Shown: positions 25,770 to 38,391, counted from the first letter of the stretch. The stretch is DNA of 64,000 bases from Selaginella moellendorffii (GCF_000143415.4 NW_003314267.1:2269730-2333729); one strand, 5' to 3'. Made by a program: numbers and translations. The notes: generated by a model not told the origin, from the letters alone.

Positions 25770-28716
25770 TTAGCTTCTTGATACTGGAGCTTCCATAAAT
25801 CTCCTGCGGCTTCTTGCTGGAGCTGCTGATCTCGACGACAATGGCTGGGACGAACAAACACTGTTTCGCTGTTGTGGAGTTGCCGGAGTCATCTTCACGG
25901 GCTCTACTCTATTGCTGACGGTAGTGCTGCTCGAGATCACGGAACTTTGCTCCACAGCTGCTAGAACAGGTGTAGATAGCACTGGCTGATAGTCTCCACC
26001 AAATGGATTAGTTCCACCACGTCCCAAGTTGCTCATTGTTCCATGGCTTTCACCGCCAGATCTTCCCAACGCCTTCGCTGCTGTGCTTGCCTTGGTGGTG
26101 GTGGTGGTGACAGGAGCTCGGGCCTCGTTTTGCCGCTGCTTCCACACGTTCACTGCGTCGTTGATCTTCTTCTTTCCCAGGTTTTTCCCAGCAGCCAGAC
26201 GCATGTCTTTCTCTCGTTCTTTTGCCTTCTTCATGGCAGCCTGTGCTGCAAGAGCAGCAGCAGCCACGGACTCCGCTAGACTCGGCTGCTTCTTTTCGTC
26301 ACCAGCGTCTTCTTTGTCCTCGTCTTTCAAAGTACTAGCGTTTTCTGGAGCAGTAGCAGTATCAGCACCAGCAGCAGTAGCTTGAGTGCTTTCGTTGGCG
26401 TTTTCGTCGACATACGGCTGGTACTCCTGGGTTTCATGGTCGTAACTGTACCACGCACCATCCTTTCCACTGTAGTAGAGCCCTGTGTTGATTCATTTTG
26501 TAAGTTCTAAGAAAATTCAAAAACACGTGAAGGCAATCACGAACCTCGAGTTGCATCGTAGTACATCCCTGATGCTGCATCGTGATAGTAACCTGACGCC
26601 TCGTCCCAAACGAAACCGGTCTCTGGTGTTGCAGCACTATCGCCAATCTGATCATCTTGCTGTTGCGGGTTATACTCTTTCGGAGCCCAAGCGTACTGTC
26701 ATTTATATCCGCGTGAGAACACATCTACGTAAAACATAACAATTGCTTACTTGTTGAGGGAATGCTGCGGCCTCAATTGCAGAGGCAGCTATGCCACTTG
26801 CCAGAGCAGAGTATCCATTTAAGCTTTTGGCATATGATACTCTTAGAATCTGGCTGTTTCTCTCCAAAACACATCCGTTTGTAGCGTTCATGGCCCTTGT
26901 AGAATCATCAATCTGAACACAGCATCCAGCTTATAAACAACACATAAACTTCAACATGAAAGAAATACTCACCGAGTGAAATGAAACAAAAGCGTATCCC
27001 CGAGAGAGCTGAGTATGCCTATCCCTGACTATCCGAACTTCCTGCTCGAAATAACAAGTAAATTTCTGCACTAACAAAAATGTAAATTCGATCATACTTT
27101 CAGTGACGCGTGCTTGGAAAACTCGTTGCTGAGTATTTCCTCGTCGATGCTATTGTCTAAGCCCCGGACAAGCAAGACTTGGCTCGGACCTGGAAAACTC
27201 CACGTTAGTTTATGCTACAGAGAGAAACCCAGAAACTAACCAGGATCTGAAAACTTCCTTCCGGCGCTGATCGGAACCTCCGCCAGTGGTGCATCCTCCG
27301 CACGCTTTTCGTTGCACTGTTAACACATCCGAAAACAACGGGGTAAAGAATCAGAAACGTATCATCTTACCTGAAAGCATAATACACGGCGTGCAAAATT
27401 TGCACATCCACACAAAGTACATATCCAGTCATTAACTTCTCGGCCCGGTTGTCTTGCGCCAGGAAGTCCCCCAGGTCCAGCAGTTGGCTTGCTACTGTCA
27501 CGATTTGCGGTGAAAAAGCTGCCATAAACATCCATGTGCAAAGTCATACCTGTATTCAAAGCAGAGCTTGCGGCCATCCAAAACCATGCCTTCATCCCAA
27601 GCCTCAGCCATCATCGTCTGTGCAGCTTCCTGCAATAACCTTACTCGCTCTCAGCATCGGAGATGAACATTTCTAATAGTTCCAAACAAAGTTCTTACCA
27701 CGGACGGAAAATCTACGAAGGCAAAACCACGAGAAACGCCAGAAATTCGCTCTTTGATCACTCGAACGTGCTTCAAGGGGCCCCAGATGGCCTACATTCA
27801 ACAGAATAAGCATACAAAGAAATTAAGAAACTTAAAAGTCGTCATTCTTACGAAGGCCTCGTAAAGATCGTGCTCCCCGGTTTTTTGTGAAAGTCCCTTG
27901 ACAACAATCGTAGCTGAAGGAGCCTGGCAACATTTACAAACAAGTTAAAAACAGGAAATCATGTCGAGTTCACTCACAACTGCAGGAAAATCGTATCGGC
28001 CTCTGTCGTTGAGCTGTTTCTTTGAATCGTACTGCAAGTTTCCGTGTTCCTCGTACGCTGTATCTCGTCCGTAGCCGTTCCAGGAAGAACTTGAGTTGCT
28101 CTTGTCGTCATAGCCAGAAAAAACCACGCGATCACGTCCTCGATCACGAGCTGGGCTTCGGTCCCTGTTCCTGCTTCGGCTCCTACTCCTACTCCTGCTT
28201 CTACTTCTCTCTCGGTCTCGATGCCAGTCTCTACCTCGACGATACCTCTCGCGCTCAAACTGACCGCCACCCCTTGGATGCTCTTCAGTTCCATGCGTCG
28301 AGTACTTGTCCTCGTAAGACGACCACTTCGAAGAGCCTCGTCTTCCATAGTCTTGGGCAGAGGCCCAAGAGCCCCCATACTCGTTTTGGTGGTAGAATGC
28401 CGCTCCTTCATAGCCGACATCATCATCCGCAGTATAACTCAATCTACGAACAAAACAAAGAGAAACACTTAAGAAACTGGAAGAAAAAAGAGGTAGAGAG
28501 CTCTCGATCGACTTACCGGTCACTTTGCTCGTAGCGAAGCCCATAGCCCTCCACAGCCTGTATAACGAAGAAGATTGAGTCAGGATCGCATTCGTTATGG
28601 AACTAGAGCATAAAGTCATGATTTTTAGTGTCGCGAGGCGGCGGCTGCCGGGCTATCACTGAGAGAAGAAGAATTTAACGGTGTCATACGCTGCTAGAGT
28701 AACGCCCAGTGTCCAT
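25770..28716 (-). CDS. SUA: SUPPRESSOR OF ABI3-5 / RBM5-RBM10-like splicing factor (RRM, RanBP2 ZnF, RRM, OCRE); no G-patch visible
   Basis: MDTGRYSSS|AVEGYG start, RS-rich tract, APSATIVVKGLSQKT, SRGFAF, DWICTLCGCANFARRVLCFQC, GFVWDEASGYYHDAASGMYYD (OCRE). Confidence 0.85.
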
Positions 28717-29229
28717 TCTCACTTGAGCTGCTGCATTGGCCAAATGATCCCCGGCAAGAAGAAGAAACAAGAAAGAATTTCGCAGCGCAGACACTAGCAG
28801 AAATCTATCTGCAAACGAGGCGACACAGCGCAGTGAGGATCCAAGCTAGAGGAAGAAGCCGCATGAGCCCTAGCTACTGACCTCGATCCCACACGCCCTA
28901 AAATCTCTGAGGTCACAGGGTCGATTCCAGCCCCTTGCAAATATCGATAGATTCCGGGTTCGATTCTCAGGGCCCGCGCCTTTTTACCCCTTTTTGTGTT
29001 AAGAGCCCTATTTCGTTTTGTCTGGAGCGGCAGCGATTTGCCCTGTTGCGGTCGATCGGCGCGGCGCGGATTGGTCGAAGATAGATCTCGCAGCAGCGAT
29101 CGCGCGCGCGCCCTGCTCTGGTCTGGAATCTGGATCGAAAATAGAATAGAATAGATTTCGATTTTAATAGGGGGTTGCCGGGTCGAGATCATCCAGGACA
29201 GGGAGTAAGCCAGCGCGGCTTGTCGCTGC

Positions 29230-29460
29230 TTGTTTGCCGTTTCTTCTTCGTGCCTGTGTGTCACCCTCCTCGCGCGAGAGAAGTCCCATCCTCCAGTCCA
29301 TCCGTCCGTCCATAGTCTTGTTTTTCTCGTGTTCTCTCCTTTTTGCGTTCTCCACCATCCATTTCTCACGAGATACGTGCCACACGCTAGGCTTCTGCTT
29401 CAAAATCCCCTTTCTTCCTCCCTGGAATCCACTCTTTCAACTCCTCAGTTGCCACTCTAG
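29230..29460 (+). promoter_or_regulatory. Candidate non-AUG upstream ORF in the polyamine oxidase 5' leader
   Basis: Open frame 29209-29460 with no ATG, ending ...RLLLQNPLSSSLESTLSTPQLPL*, just upstream of a probable 5'UTR intron and the PAO ATG. Confidence 0.45.
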
Positions 29461-29726
29461 ATCCTTGGGTTGAATTTTCTCTCGTTGTTCTTCTTTCCTT
29501 TTCTTTGCTTTGATCTTTGCTTTGTGTGTTCCTCCTCTAATAAGTGTGCATGTCTGGAGTTTGTGTATGCCTGAGGTTGCTTTCGCCTCATCTCGGTTAC
29601 TTCGTTTTTCTGTTCTTTATATTTCCCTTCAAGTATCTCTTTTGCTCCCTGGATCCATCCTCATTATCACAACCCAGTAGTAGTAAACACCATAAAAATT
29701 GAATTCTCGGCTTTCTTCTACACGCA

Positions 29727-31988
29727 ATGGCACCCACGATGTTATCATCCAGTAAGAATTACTTTGTTTCCACCTCTTTGTTGCTAATTCCTCTCTCTTT
29801 CCTCAGATGATTCATCGTCATCTTCTCCTACTGTTCTCGTTGTAGGGGCTGGGATCTCCGGCTTGGCAGCTGCAAGAATGCTTCACAAAGCAGCGTTCAA
29901 GGTGGGAATCCTTGTCTCTTTTGTTCTTCACTTATTCATTTTGTTCATTTGATTTTGTAGGTGACGGTACTCGAGTCAAGAGATCGAATTGGAGGTCGGA
30001 TCTATACAGACTTTTCTTTCGGATTTCCTGTTGATATGGGTGCCTCATGGTAGTTTATGAAAAGAGCAAATCTTTTAAGGAAAGAAACGAGACGATCTTG
30101 TCCTTCTGTGCAGGCTACATGGAGTTTGCCAAGACAACCCCTTGGCTTCCTTGATAGGACGTTTGAGGCTGCCTCTTTACCGAACAAGTGGGGACGACTC
30201 TGTCCTCTATGACCACGACCTTGAAAGGCAAGCAAATTTGTTTTTGATAGGCGTCATCTAGGTGGTAGGAACACTCGAAATCTAGGAGTGTGTGAGTGTG
30301 CACAAAGTAGCTACTTTTACTCTCTAGCTGCATGGGAAAGGACAGAGCATTCTGTTTTTTCTTATGTTGAGTTCTTGGGAGCTCTGGGTTAATATAGTTG
30401 CTCCAGGTTTCTATCAAGAATCAGGCTTGCAGGCTCTGGCATCAGCGACTATGACTGAGATTTATCTTCCAGAGGTGATGTGATTTCAGGGAAATTTCAT
30501 TCGTTAGCTCGAGTTCGTCTAGTTGCCGCAGATAGTTGTGGTTCTATGGTATTTCTAACTCGTTCCATGATGTTGCAGCTATGCTCTCTTCGACACGGCA
30601 GGGAACCAGATTCCACCGCAGCTGGTGACTAGAATGGGCGAAGTTTTCGAGGCCTTGCTTGAAGAAGTATCTTACTGTTTCTTAGAAAGCATAGCGTTAA
30701 ACTCCTTTGGTTCTTTTCGTGCAGACTAAGAAAGTTCGTGAGGAGTTTGCACAAGATATGTCGCTGAAGCAGGCCTTCTCGATCATACTTAAAAGACGTC
30801 CAGACCTGAGGTACGAGCTTTCCTACTCCGACTTAGCACTAAATATCCCTGTTTCAGACAAGAAGGCCTGGGACACCGAGTTTTACAGTGGTACTTATGT
30901 AGACTGGAAGGATGGTTTGCTGCTGACGCAGATAAAATCTCCCTCCAGAACTGGGATGAGGTGAGACATGACCAATTCTCTTCCCCGTGACTCAGATCCT
31001 TTCGTGTGCAGGAAGAATTACTTGAAGGTGGCCACGGCCTCATGGTCAAAGGTTATTGGCCTGTCGTTTTCTCTTTGGCCGAAGGACTCGATATAAAATT
31101 GAATCACAGGTAACACGCGCAAGAACGCGATAGTCCACGACTGATGAGTTTTTCTTTTTTTCTTTGCATTTTGTCTGTCCAGAGTAACAAAAATAAGTCG
31201 ACATCCGAAAGGTGTCCGCGTTGCTGTAGAAAATGGAAAGGTTTTCAACGCAGACGCGATCGTTGTTGCTGCTCCTCTCGGAGTGCTCCAAGCCAAGATC
31301 ATAAACTTTGAGCCTCAACTCCCGGACTGGAAAGTAAAAGCCATCAATGAACTGGGTGTCGGAAACGAGAACAAGATCGCCATGCTCTTCGACAACGTTT
31401 TCTGGCCCAACGTCGAGTTCCTGGGCGTGGTCGCTTCCACCACGTACGAGTGCAGCTACTTCCTCAACTTGCACAAAGCCACAGGACACCCGGTTCTCGT
31501 CTACATGCCCGCTGGAAATCTCGCCAACGATCTGGAGAAGCTGAGTGAATCAGCCGCCAAGAATTACGCGTTCTCGCAGCTCAAGAAGATCCTGCCAAAC
31601 GCTTCCTTGCCGGTAAGTTCTTCGTTGTTCTTGGTCTCTAGTTTGGAGCTAAAAAACTCTTTTCTTCTTCTTGCAGACCAAGTGCTTGGTGTCTCACTGG
31701 GGATCCGACGTAAACTCCCTCGGCTGCTACAGCTATGACGCCGTGGGTGTCTCTCACGGCGCCTACGATCGACTGCGCGCTCCAGTGGACAATCTCGTGT
31801 TCTTCGCTGGAGAGGCGACGAGCAGCAGCTTTCCAGGGACCGTCCACGGCGCGTTTGCCACTGGAGTTCTCGCCGCCGCCGAGTGCCGCAAGACCATCGA
31901 GGAGCGATGCAAAGATCTGGAGCTCTTCCAGCCGGCCATGGCGGAAGAAATCGAGCTCGCCATCCCGCTCCAAATCTCTCGCCTGTGA
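29727..31988 (+). CDS. PAO: Peroxisomal polyamine oxidase (PAO2/3/4 clade)
   Basis: [18 protein letters not shown] motif, [57 protein letters not shown]; C-terminal PTS1 SRL*. Confidence 0.94.
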
Positions 31989-32151
31989 AGTCATGGATTA
32001 AATGAATGCCCTAAAATTTAAATCTATACATTTTTTTCCAGTAGCTTGCTAGTGGAGTAGGGTTTCTAGGCGCGATCGATCGAGAGCGTGGAGGGTTTCT
32101 AAGCCGCGATCGATCAGAGCGTGGAGTGGCCGATCAATCGGAGCAGCAGCG

Positions 32152-33211
32152 ATGAATATCTTCCGGCTCTGCGGCGACATGACCCATCTCCTCAGCGTCG
32201 TGGTGCTGCTGCTCAAGATCCACACCATCAAGTCTTGCGCCGGTAAGGGAAGAGAGAAAATTTTCTTCGATTCTTTTGATTTCGTGCTGCTTAGAAATCT
32301 TTGCGCAGGGATTTCTCTCAAGACGCAGGAGCTCTATGCCCTCGTCTTTGCGACGCGCTACTTGGATATTTTCACGCACCATGTCTCGCTCTATAACACG
32401 GTGATGAAAATAATTTTTCTCGGAACCTCTTTCACGATCGTGTGGTACATGAGGCATCACAAGGTCGTGCGCCAGACTTACGACAAGGAGCAGGACACTT
32501 TCAAGCATTACATGCTGATCATTCCATGCTTTGCTCTCGCGCTCCTGATCAAGACCAAATTCACTCCACTGGAGGTAGGTTATACTTGGCACCGACCTCT
32601 TTTTCTTTGGTAGATGATCTTTCTTCTTTCCTTTTCCTTTTTCCTCTTTTTCTTATTCTTTCCTTTTGGTATGATATCATCTAAGTTTTTCGAATATGGC
32701 AGGTTTTGTGGACGTTTTCTATCTACCTGGAGGCTGTGGCGATCTTTCCTCAGTTGGTGTTGTTACAGCGAACCAAAAACATCGACAACCTCACCGGGAA
32801 CTATGTCTTTTTGCTTGGGTACGCTTCACAAACTTGCTTTCGTTTCATGCTTTTGATTTCATTTCAGGGCATATCGAGGGCTGTATCTGTTGAATTGGAT
32901 CGTTCGATATTTCACTGAAAAGGGCTACAGGCAATGGATAAGTATGACATTTTTGTTTATATCACAACTTACCAAGGATTTTAAATTCATTTCTTCTCCG
33001 TTTTTTCCCGTGTGCAGCATGGATATCTGGAATTGTACAGACCGCGCTGTATGCGGACTTCTTTTACTATTACATCAAGTGGTACGGAATCCCAATCCAA
33101 GTTTTTTTTTTCCAATCCTTTTTTTTTTTTTTTTTGAGTGTGTGTGCTGATCCTTATTCTGTTTTGCGTTGCAGCTGGAGGAACAACGAGAAGCTTCATC
33201 TTCCTTCTTGA
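32152..33211 (+). CDS. ERD2: ER lumen protein-retaining (HDEL/KDEL) receptor
   Basis: MNIFRLCGDMTH, GISLKTQELYALVFATRYLD, WTFSIYLEAVAI, LGAYRGLYLLNW, LYADFFYYY, KLHLPS*. Confidence 0.95.
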
Positions 33212-33599
33212 ACGTAGATTCTTGTATCTAAGCAGAGAGAGGAAGAGCGGCGAAGAACGCTCTACTGGAATGTGAGTCTTTGCTTGAGCAAATTTTCTTC
33301 TTTATCTCTTCACATTGGAGTTATATCACACATCTTACAAGTCGATCAAGCTTCTCCTTGCTTGGAACTTTCATCCCTCTGCAGCTCGAAGCTCCTCGTT
33401 CTCCAGCCCCAAGAGAGTGACTGTAAAAGCCGAGTTTGGCAGAGGGACAATTGGCGGCACCACTTGTCGAGTATCCTCGACCTCGATTCCGGCCTGCGAT
33501 TCTTATCATACACTGGAGATCCTACAAAAAGGAATACCGACCTTCTTGGCGAGCTTCTTGAGGAGCTCCCGCTCCTTTTTCTGCGTCAACAAGCACCAA

Positions 33600-33830
33600 A
33601 TGTAAGTAAATTTGCCTATCCAAGCCACTGAAATTCTCTCTTTTGCTCTCAGGAAGAAGAAACGAACCCAGAAGTACATGTTTTCCAGGGAGTGCTCGCG
33701 CTCCGACATATGATCCTTGGTCATGTCGAGAGCATACGGCGATGGAAGGTAGGCCATCTTCCTCGCGAGTAGCAAACGACACCACAGCGGCGGCAGGGTG
33801 GTAGCAGCACAACGCATCGCCATCGCCATT
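33600..33830 (-). pseudogene. Possible degenerate N-terminal fragment of a plastid Fe-superoxide dismutase
   Basis: Transit-like MAMAMRCAATT, then LPSPYALDMTKDHMSE (cf. FeSOD PPYALDALEPHMS); GKH and SGLDRQI lie in a shifted frame. Confidence 0.3.
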
Positions 33831-34147
33831 GGAAAAGAGCGGCGGCACAAGTAGCTGTGAGTTTCTTCTAGATGGTTTCTAGAAAAGTAAACAGTGTTTT
33901 TCTATATCTATCCAGTCGCTGTGGAAGAAGACGACTGCGCACCACGAGTCACGCCTGGATTAGCATAAAGCAGAACAAAATCAGTAGTAATGACTGTCAA
34001 ATCCCGCCAGGTTGTGTAAGATTTGCAGCTGCCATTTTACTGGAATGGTTATCTGATTAGCTAGCTTGTTTACAAGACTCCTCTTCAAATTTAGACTGGA
34101 AACTTTTTAATTGTTTTAGGGTTAGGCCTATTCGAGAAGGTGGCTAC

Positions 34148-34200
34148 GGAGGAGGAGGTGGCAGCAGTGGAGGAGGAGGTGGCAGCAGTGGAGAAGGAGG
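34148..34200. repeat. 21-bp tandem repeat (ggaggaggaggtggcagcagt) x2.5
   Basis: Read directly from the sequence. Confidence 0.85.
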
Positions 34201-34929
34201 AGTCTGTTTCTTGGCCTAGAGATTATGAGGTGTGTTAGCTCAGTTTCCACATTATCTCTACACACCAATTGACATTTGTTTTGCAATGTGTTACTTGCTT
34301 CACTTTGTGTTTCTTGTTCTGGTGTATTAGGATGTGGCATGCCAAGAAGTAAAGTTTAATGGTGGGAGAGCATCTGCTGCATCACTCTGGGCCTGTGCTA
34401 TAAGGGAACACTACCTCATCACTGCGCCAACCGGTGGTAGAAATTGGATACCGGAAAATGATTCTGATGGGTATTTGGTTCGGGACTTTTGCCAATACAT
34501 CCAAGGATTCAAAGGAGCATTGCAAGTGTCTTCTGTCGCTGGAATTCGCAAGAAACAGATGGAAAGGATCAAGGAGGCTGAGCGAAATATAATTGGCAAT
34601 CGAGGAGCGAATGAAAATGCAGCAGAAGAGCTTGTGGTGGCCGAAACAAGGTAATATTTTACTAAATTTTAATAGTAAAATTAAAATTTTATTTTTTCTC
34701 AGCAAAAAGAAAAGTAAAACCTTTAAGAAAAAGAAGAAATAAGATCAGAGAGTATTTGTTGGTAAGTCTATAACTGTATACTTGTTTTGCTAATATGTTG
34801 TTATGTAGTGAGACGCAAATTACAAGTTTCAGATTATATTAAAAATAAAATTTCGATTAATAAAAGTTAATGATATAATGTGTTTTTTGGGTGTTTTTTT
34901 TTCTCTGTTTTGATCAGTTTTTTGCTCAG

Positions 34930-35885
34930 GTGTTGGTTGCGGGTAAATTCAAATTTTGGCTCTTGAGCACAGGAAGGATCACGGACTTAAAAACCATGAA
35001 GTACAACTTTGATCAGGTTCAGAGTTCCCTATACGCTTTGAGCGAGTTCAAGTATTTTTATTTTACTGTTTTTGTTCTGCGGGCAATTTTCTGGTTTGAG
35101 AGGGGTCATGCAAGGGACGTGCTGTTCTTGGCCACAACCAAAGGTGACCGCAAGAAGCATGATGAGTTCGACATGGACGACGAGAAAGCATGGGGGCAAG
35201 TCCAAGTCATTTTCAAAGACGTTGGAATCGACACAGTCGTTTTGGTCATATCTCGCCTCTACCTGTTGCACAACACGGGCATAACCGAGAATGCGACTTC
35301 AACGCTTGTACCTCAGGGATACTACCATGTTATCGTCAAGTCTTTTGAATCACAGCTCGAAAACATTCACTGGTTATAGTTCAGTTTCTTGTCTTTTTTG
35401 CTGATATTTCCCTTGTGCCATTTGATGCCATGATCGATGAGGACAACAAATATTTGATCGAGAGGTATGCTGTAGCAACTATTTCCTCGTTAAGGCTCTT
35501 GAAGCATTGTGACAAACAAGTCCTGCAACAGCAGCAGCAACGGCAATCGCGTTCGCTCCACCAGAGATCTATACTATGCCAAGGGGTCGAATCCCTTCTA
35601 AAGAGTGCCAACGCACACAGCCTTGATCCGAGAGGGTGATGCAACAAAGGATTTTGTGCTCCCGAGAGTCCACTCAGGTGCGCATGGAGAAGATATACAG
35701 AAATCTGGTCCAAGGAATGGATATTGCGAGAGCTCTCAGGGAGACTGCTGTGGAGATGATCAAGGCCAATGATGGTAAGCCGGAAGCTTTACGACGTGAG
35801 CCACTGGGCAGCTTTCATGGTCTCTGGGAGTCCCTTCACGATACTGCCAGGACTTATAAGGTCGCCAGTAGTGTGTTCCAGGTGA
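34930..35885 (+). pseudogene. Decayed CHAT-domain (caspase HetF associated with TPRs; TTC28-like) gene
   Basis: VPFDAMIDEDNKYLIERYAVATISSLRLL and ESTQVRMEKIYRNLVQGMDIARALRETAVEMI, then frameshifted DVSHWAAFMVSG; internal stops; central catalytic His/Cys segment absent. Confidence 0.7.
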
Positions 35886-36343
35886 TTGGAGTGGCTCCAT
35901 ATGGCATACTCTTCACCATGGCATTGCAGATTAGCTGTGGTTTACTTTAAAAAAGTTTTTCCTGATTTTGGTTTACTGCAGGATTGAAATTCAAAGTTCA
36001 CAAATGGATTTTGAAAAAGTTTTGCAAAGGTTATATAAATGATTTCGAAACTCTCAAATGAATATCATCCTTAGATGGATGGGCAAACCAAACATGTAAA
36101 TCATAATTGATCATGCAGTGAATGGTAATGCTCTCAACCGATAAGAGAAAGCTAGAACTGAGAGAAACGTTATATCATCCTCTGTCTCCCATCAAGCTCA
36201 TCACGGTTGGAGTCTCCTTGTTGCAGCCAAGAGCACAGGAGATTCTTGGTGGCTATGGAGTCGAAAAAGTTGACAAAGCAGAGAGCTGCGAATGAAACAG
36301 AGCAAGCATAATAATATAGTACAAACATAATTAACATGGGAGA

Positions 36344-37029
36344 TTACTTTTCCATCACAATCTCCCAAGTGTTTCCAGACTTCCTCTTGATAACAGCCAC
36401 CTTTAACTCCTTCTGGCTATTATTATATGCTTCTATGATAAGAGCGTTGGCAGGTCGGGGGTTTTGGCCGAGCGGAGCAACCACACATGAAAAGACTGAC
36501 TTTTCCCACTGGATGGCAAAATTCTGGTACTTAGTGTTGGGATCTTCTTTAGGGAACTTCACAAAGGGCCCATTACTTTGACTGTCAAGCCTCCATCCAT
36601 CCTTGTAGAAGCCATCTTTCTTCTTGAACGGACCAAGTAGAGTTCTCTGATAGAATAACAATGGCAACAATGTAATATAGGAAATCCTTATATACCTGTG
36701 GAAGCCTGGTGTCATCTAGGATATCATCGTGCCAATACTCCAGCAAATGCTGGATGTCCTTCTTGTCCTTTGTAGTCCCTTCTGTAATAGACCCTCCTGC
36801 AATACAGAAACATATCTATGAATGAAAACAGTCCAAAAAATCTCATGGTGTTGTGAGATCATGTATAAATGAATGAACGAAACAGACCTTTTAGCCCCAC
36901 TGCTTGCACATATTGATCTAAACGCACAAACGAAATTATGAGCTTATTCAGCAAGTTCAAAAGCTATCACTCACCAGCGCCTTCATCTTGCAGCTTTGCA
37001 TTGTCAATAGAGACCGTAGACTGCGCCAT
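36344..37029 (-). CDS. Unrecognised 162-aa protein, 4 exons (37029-36975, 36917-36888, 36796-36696, 36646-36344)
   Basis: Three canonical GT-AG introns give an uninterrupted frame MAQSTVSIDNAK...HLLEYWHDDILDDTRLPQRTLLGPF...WEIVMEK*; TATATAA ~65 bp upstream. Confidence 0.65.
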
Positions 37030-38391
37030 AGTACCAGAACAGTAGAAGAAGAAGGAAGGGATGCACAACAACCATGAGACCTTTGAATACTTATATATGT
37101 GAAAAATGTTTTTTTTTTTCCTGTGTTGATGTTAACAAGTTGCAATTCCTACAGTGTATACTGTAGCAATTGGCGGTCCATGATGATGATAAGGACAACA
37201 CAACAAATGTTTAATGGTCAACATTGCAACTCGTGGAACAATGGAATTGGACCTATTCCTTACTCTCATTTAATGCTTGTGGGCCTAAACAAAATTCAAG
37301 GGTCTTTTTCGTCTCACAAGTGAGGTGCAATGAGTCTTATCCACTCACTTTAGCCCTTTCTCACTCCCCTTCAGCAATATAAATGTTTTCATTTGAAATA
37401 TGATCATGGACCTCATTTAAGCATATGCCCATTCTTTGGTGGAGATGGGAGTACCATTATGAATAAGCTGGGTCCATTAGTCATTCTAGATTGTTGTGGT
37501 GGCTGTTTGAGTGACTTGGAATGTCACATAATTTTCATTTGAAGCTGTGGTAGTTTCATGGGACAAGACTATGTGGTGTTGTTTTGTTTTAAGCTGTGGT
37601 AGCTTGATTCAATCAACCAAAGATGGAATGCTTGTTTGCTGTCTAAAGACTGGTTAATGTACAGTAGTTGGAGTTGTTAACACCCTATTGTTCTCACATT
37701 GAAATGCAGGCTTCTTAAGCAGTTTTATGGTGGCAAACAGTGGCAAAGAAAGGACCTCTACTCATGATCATGAGCAGGATCTGACTAACGATGTCTTGCA
37801 ACTTGAGGATGGTAAAGTTCTTGACATAGCCAAGAAGGTGATAGGATCAGGAAGAAGCTTCTAGATTTGATGTGTGATCCTCAATTTTCCAGGTGACTTA
37901 GTGAAGTGGCACATGCTGCTAGGCTGGGACACCCAAAGGGAAAGTATAAAATACCCCACCTACAAACTTGGGGAGGACTTTGACATTTACTTAGACCTTT
38001 TGAATGTGCTGCTTGGAACAAAAAGGTAAAGGGAGAGGAAATAATAAATGCATTGTAGATAGAGAAGCATAACATTAGTTTGTTTCCCAAAGGAGCAAGG
38101 ATTATATGAAAACTTGAAAAGAGGTAGTGACTTGGTGTAGGTAGTTATTGCAGCTTGGCAATCCCACCAACAAGTGCAGGAAGTACAAACTTAACAAACC
38201 TGTGCAAGTCTATCAGGCAAATCTATTGCATGTGACTCATATTCTAAACTAAGACCTAGATGAAGTTGATTCCATGGCATGACAATTTTTTTACAATGTA
38301 TTGCTACAGTGAAGGCATGGGTTGATAAATTATTACAAATGTTCTTTCAAGTGGCAAAAGAGGGGATTAGTGAAGCCAAGGCTATTTGAAA

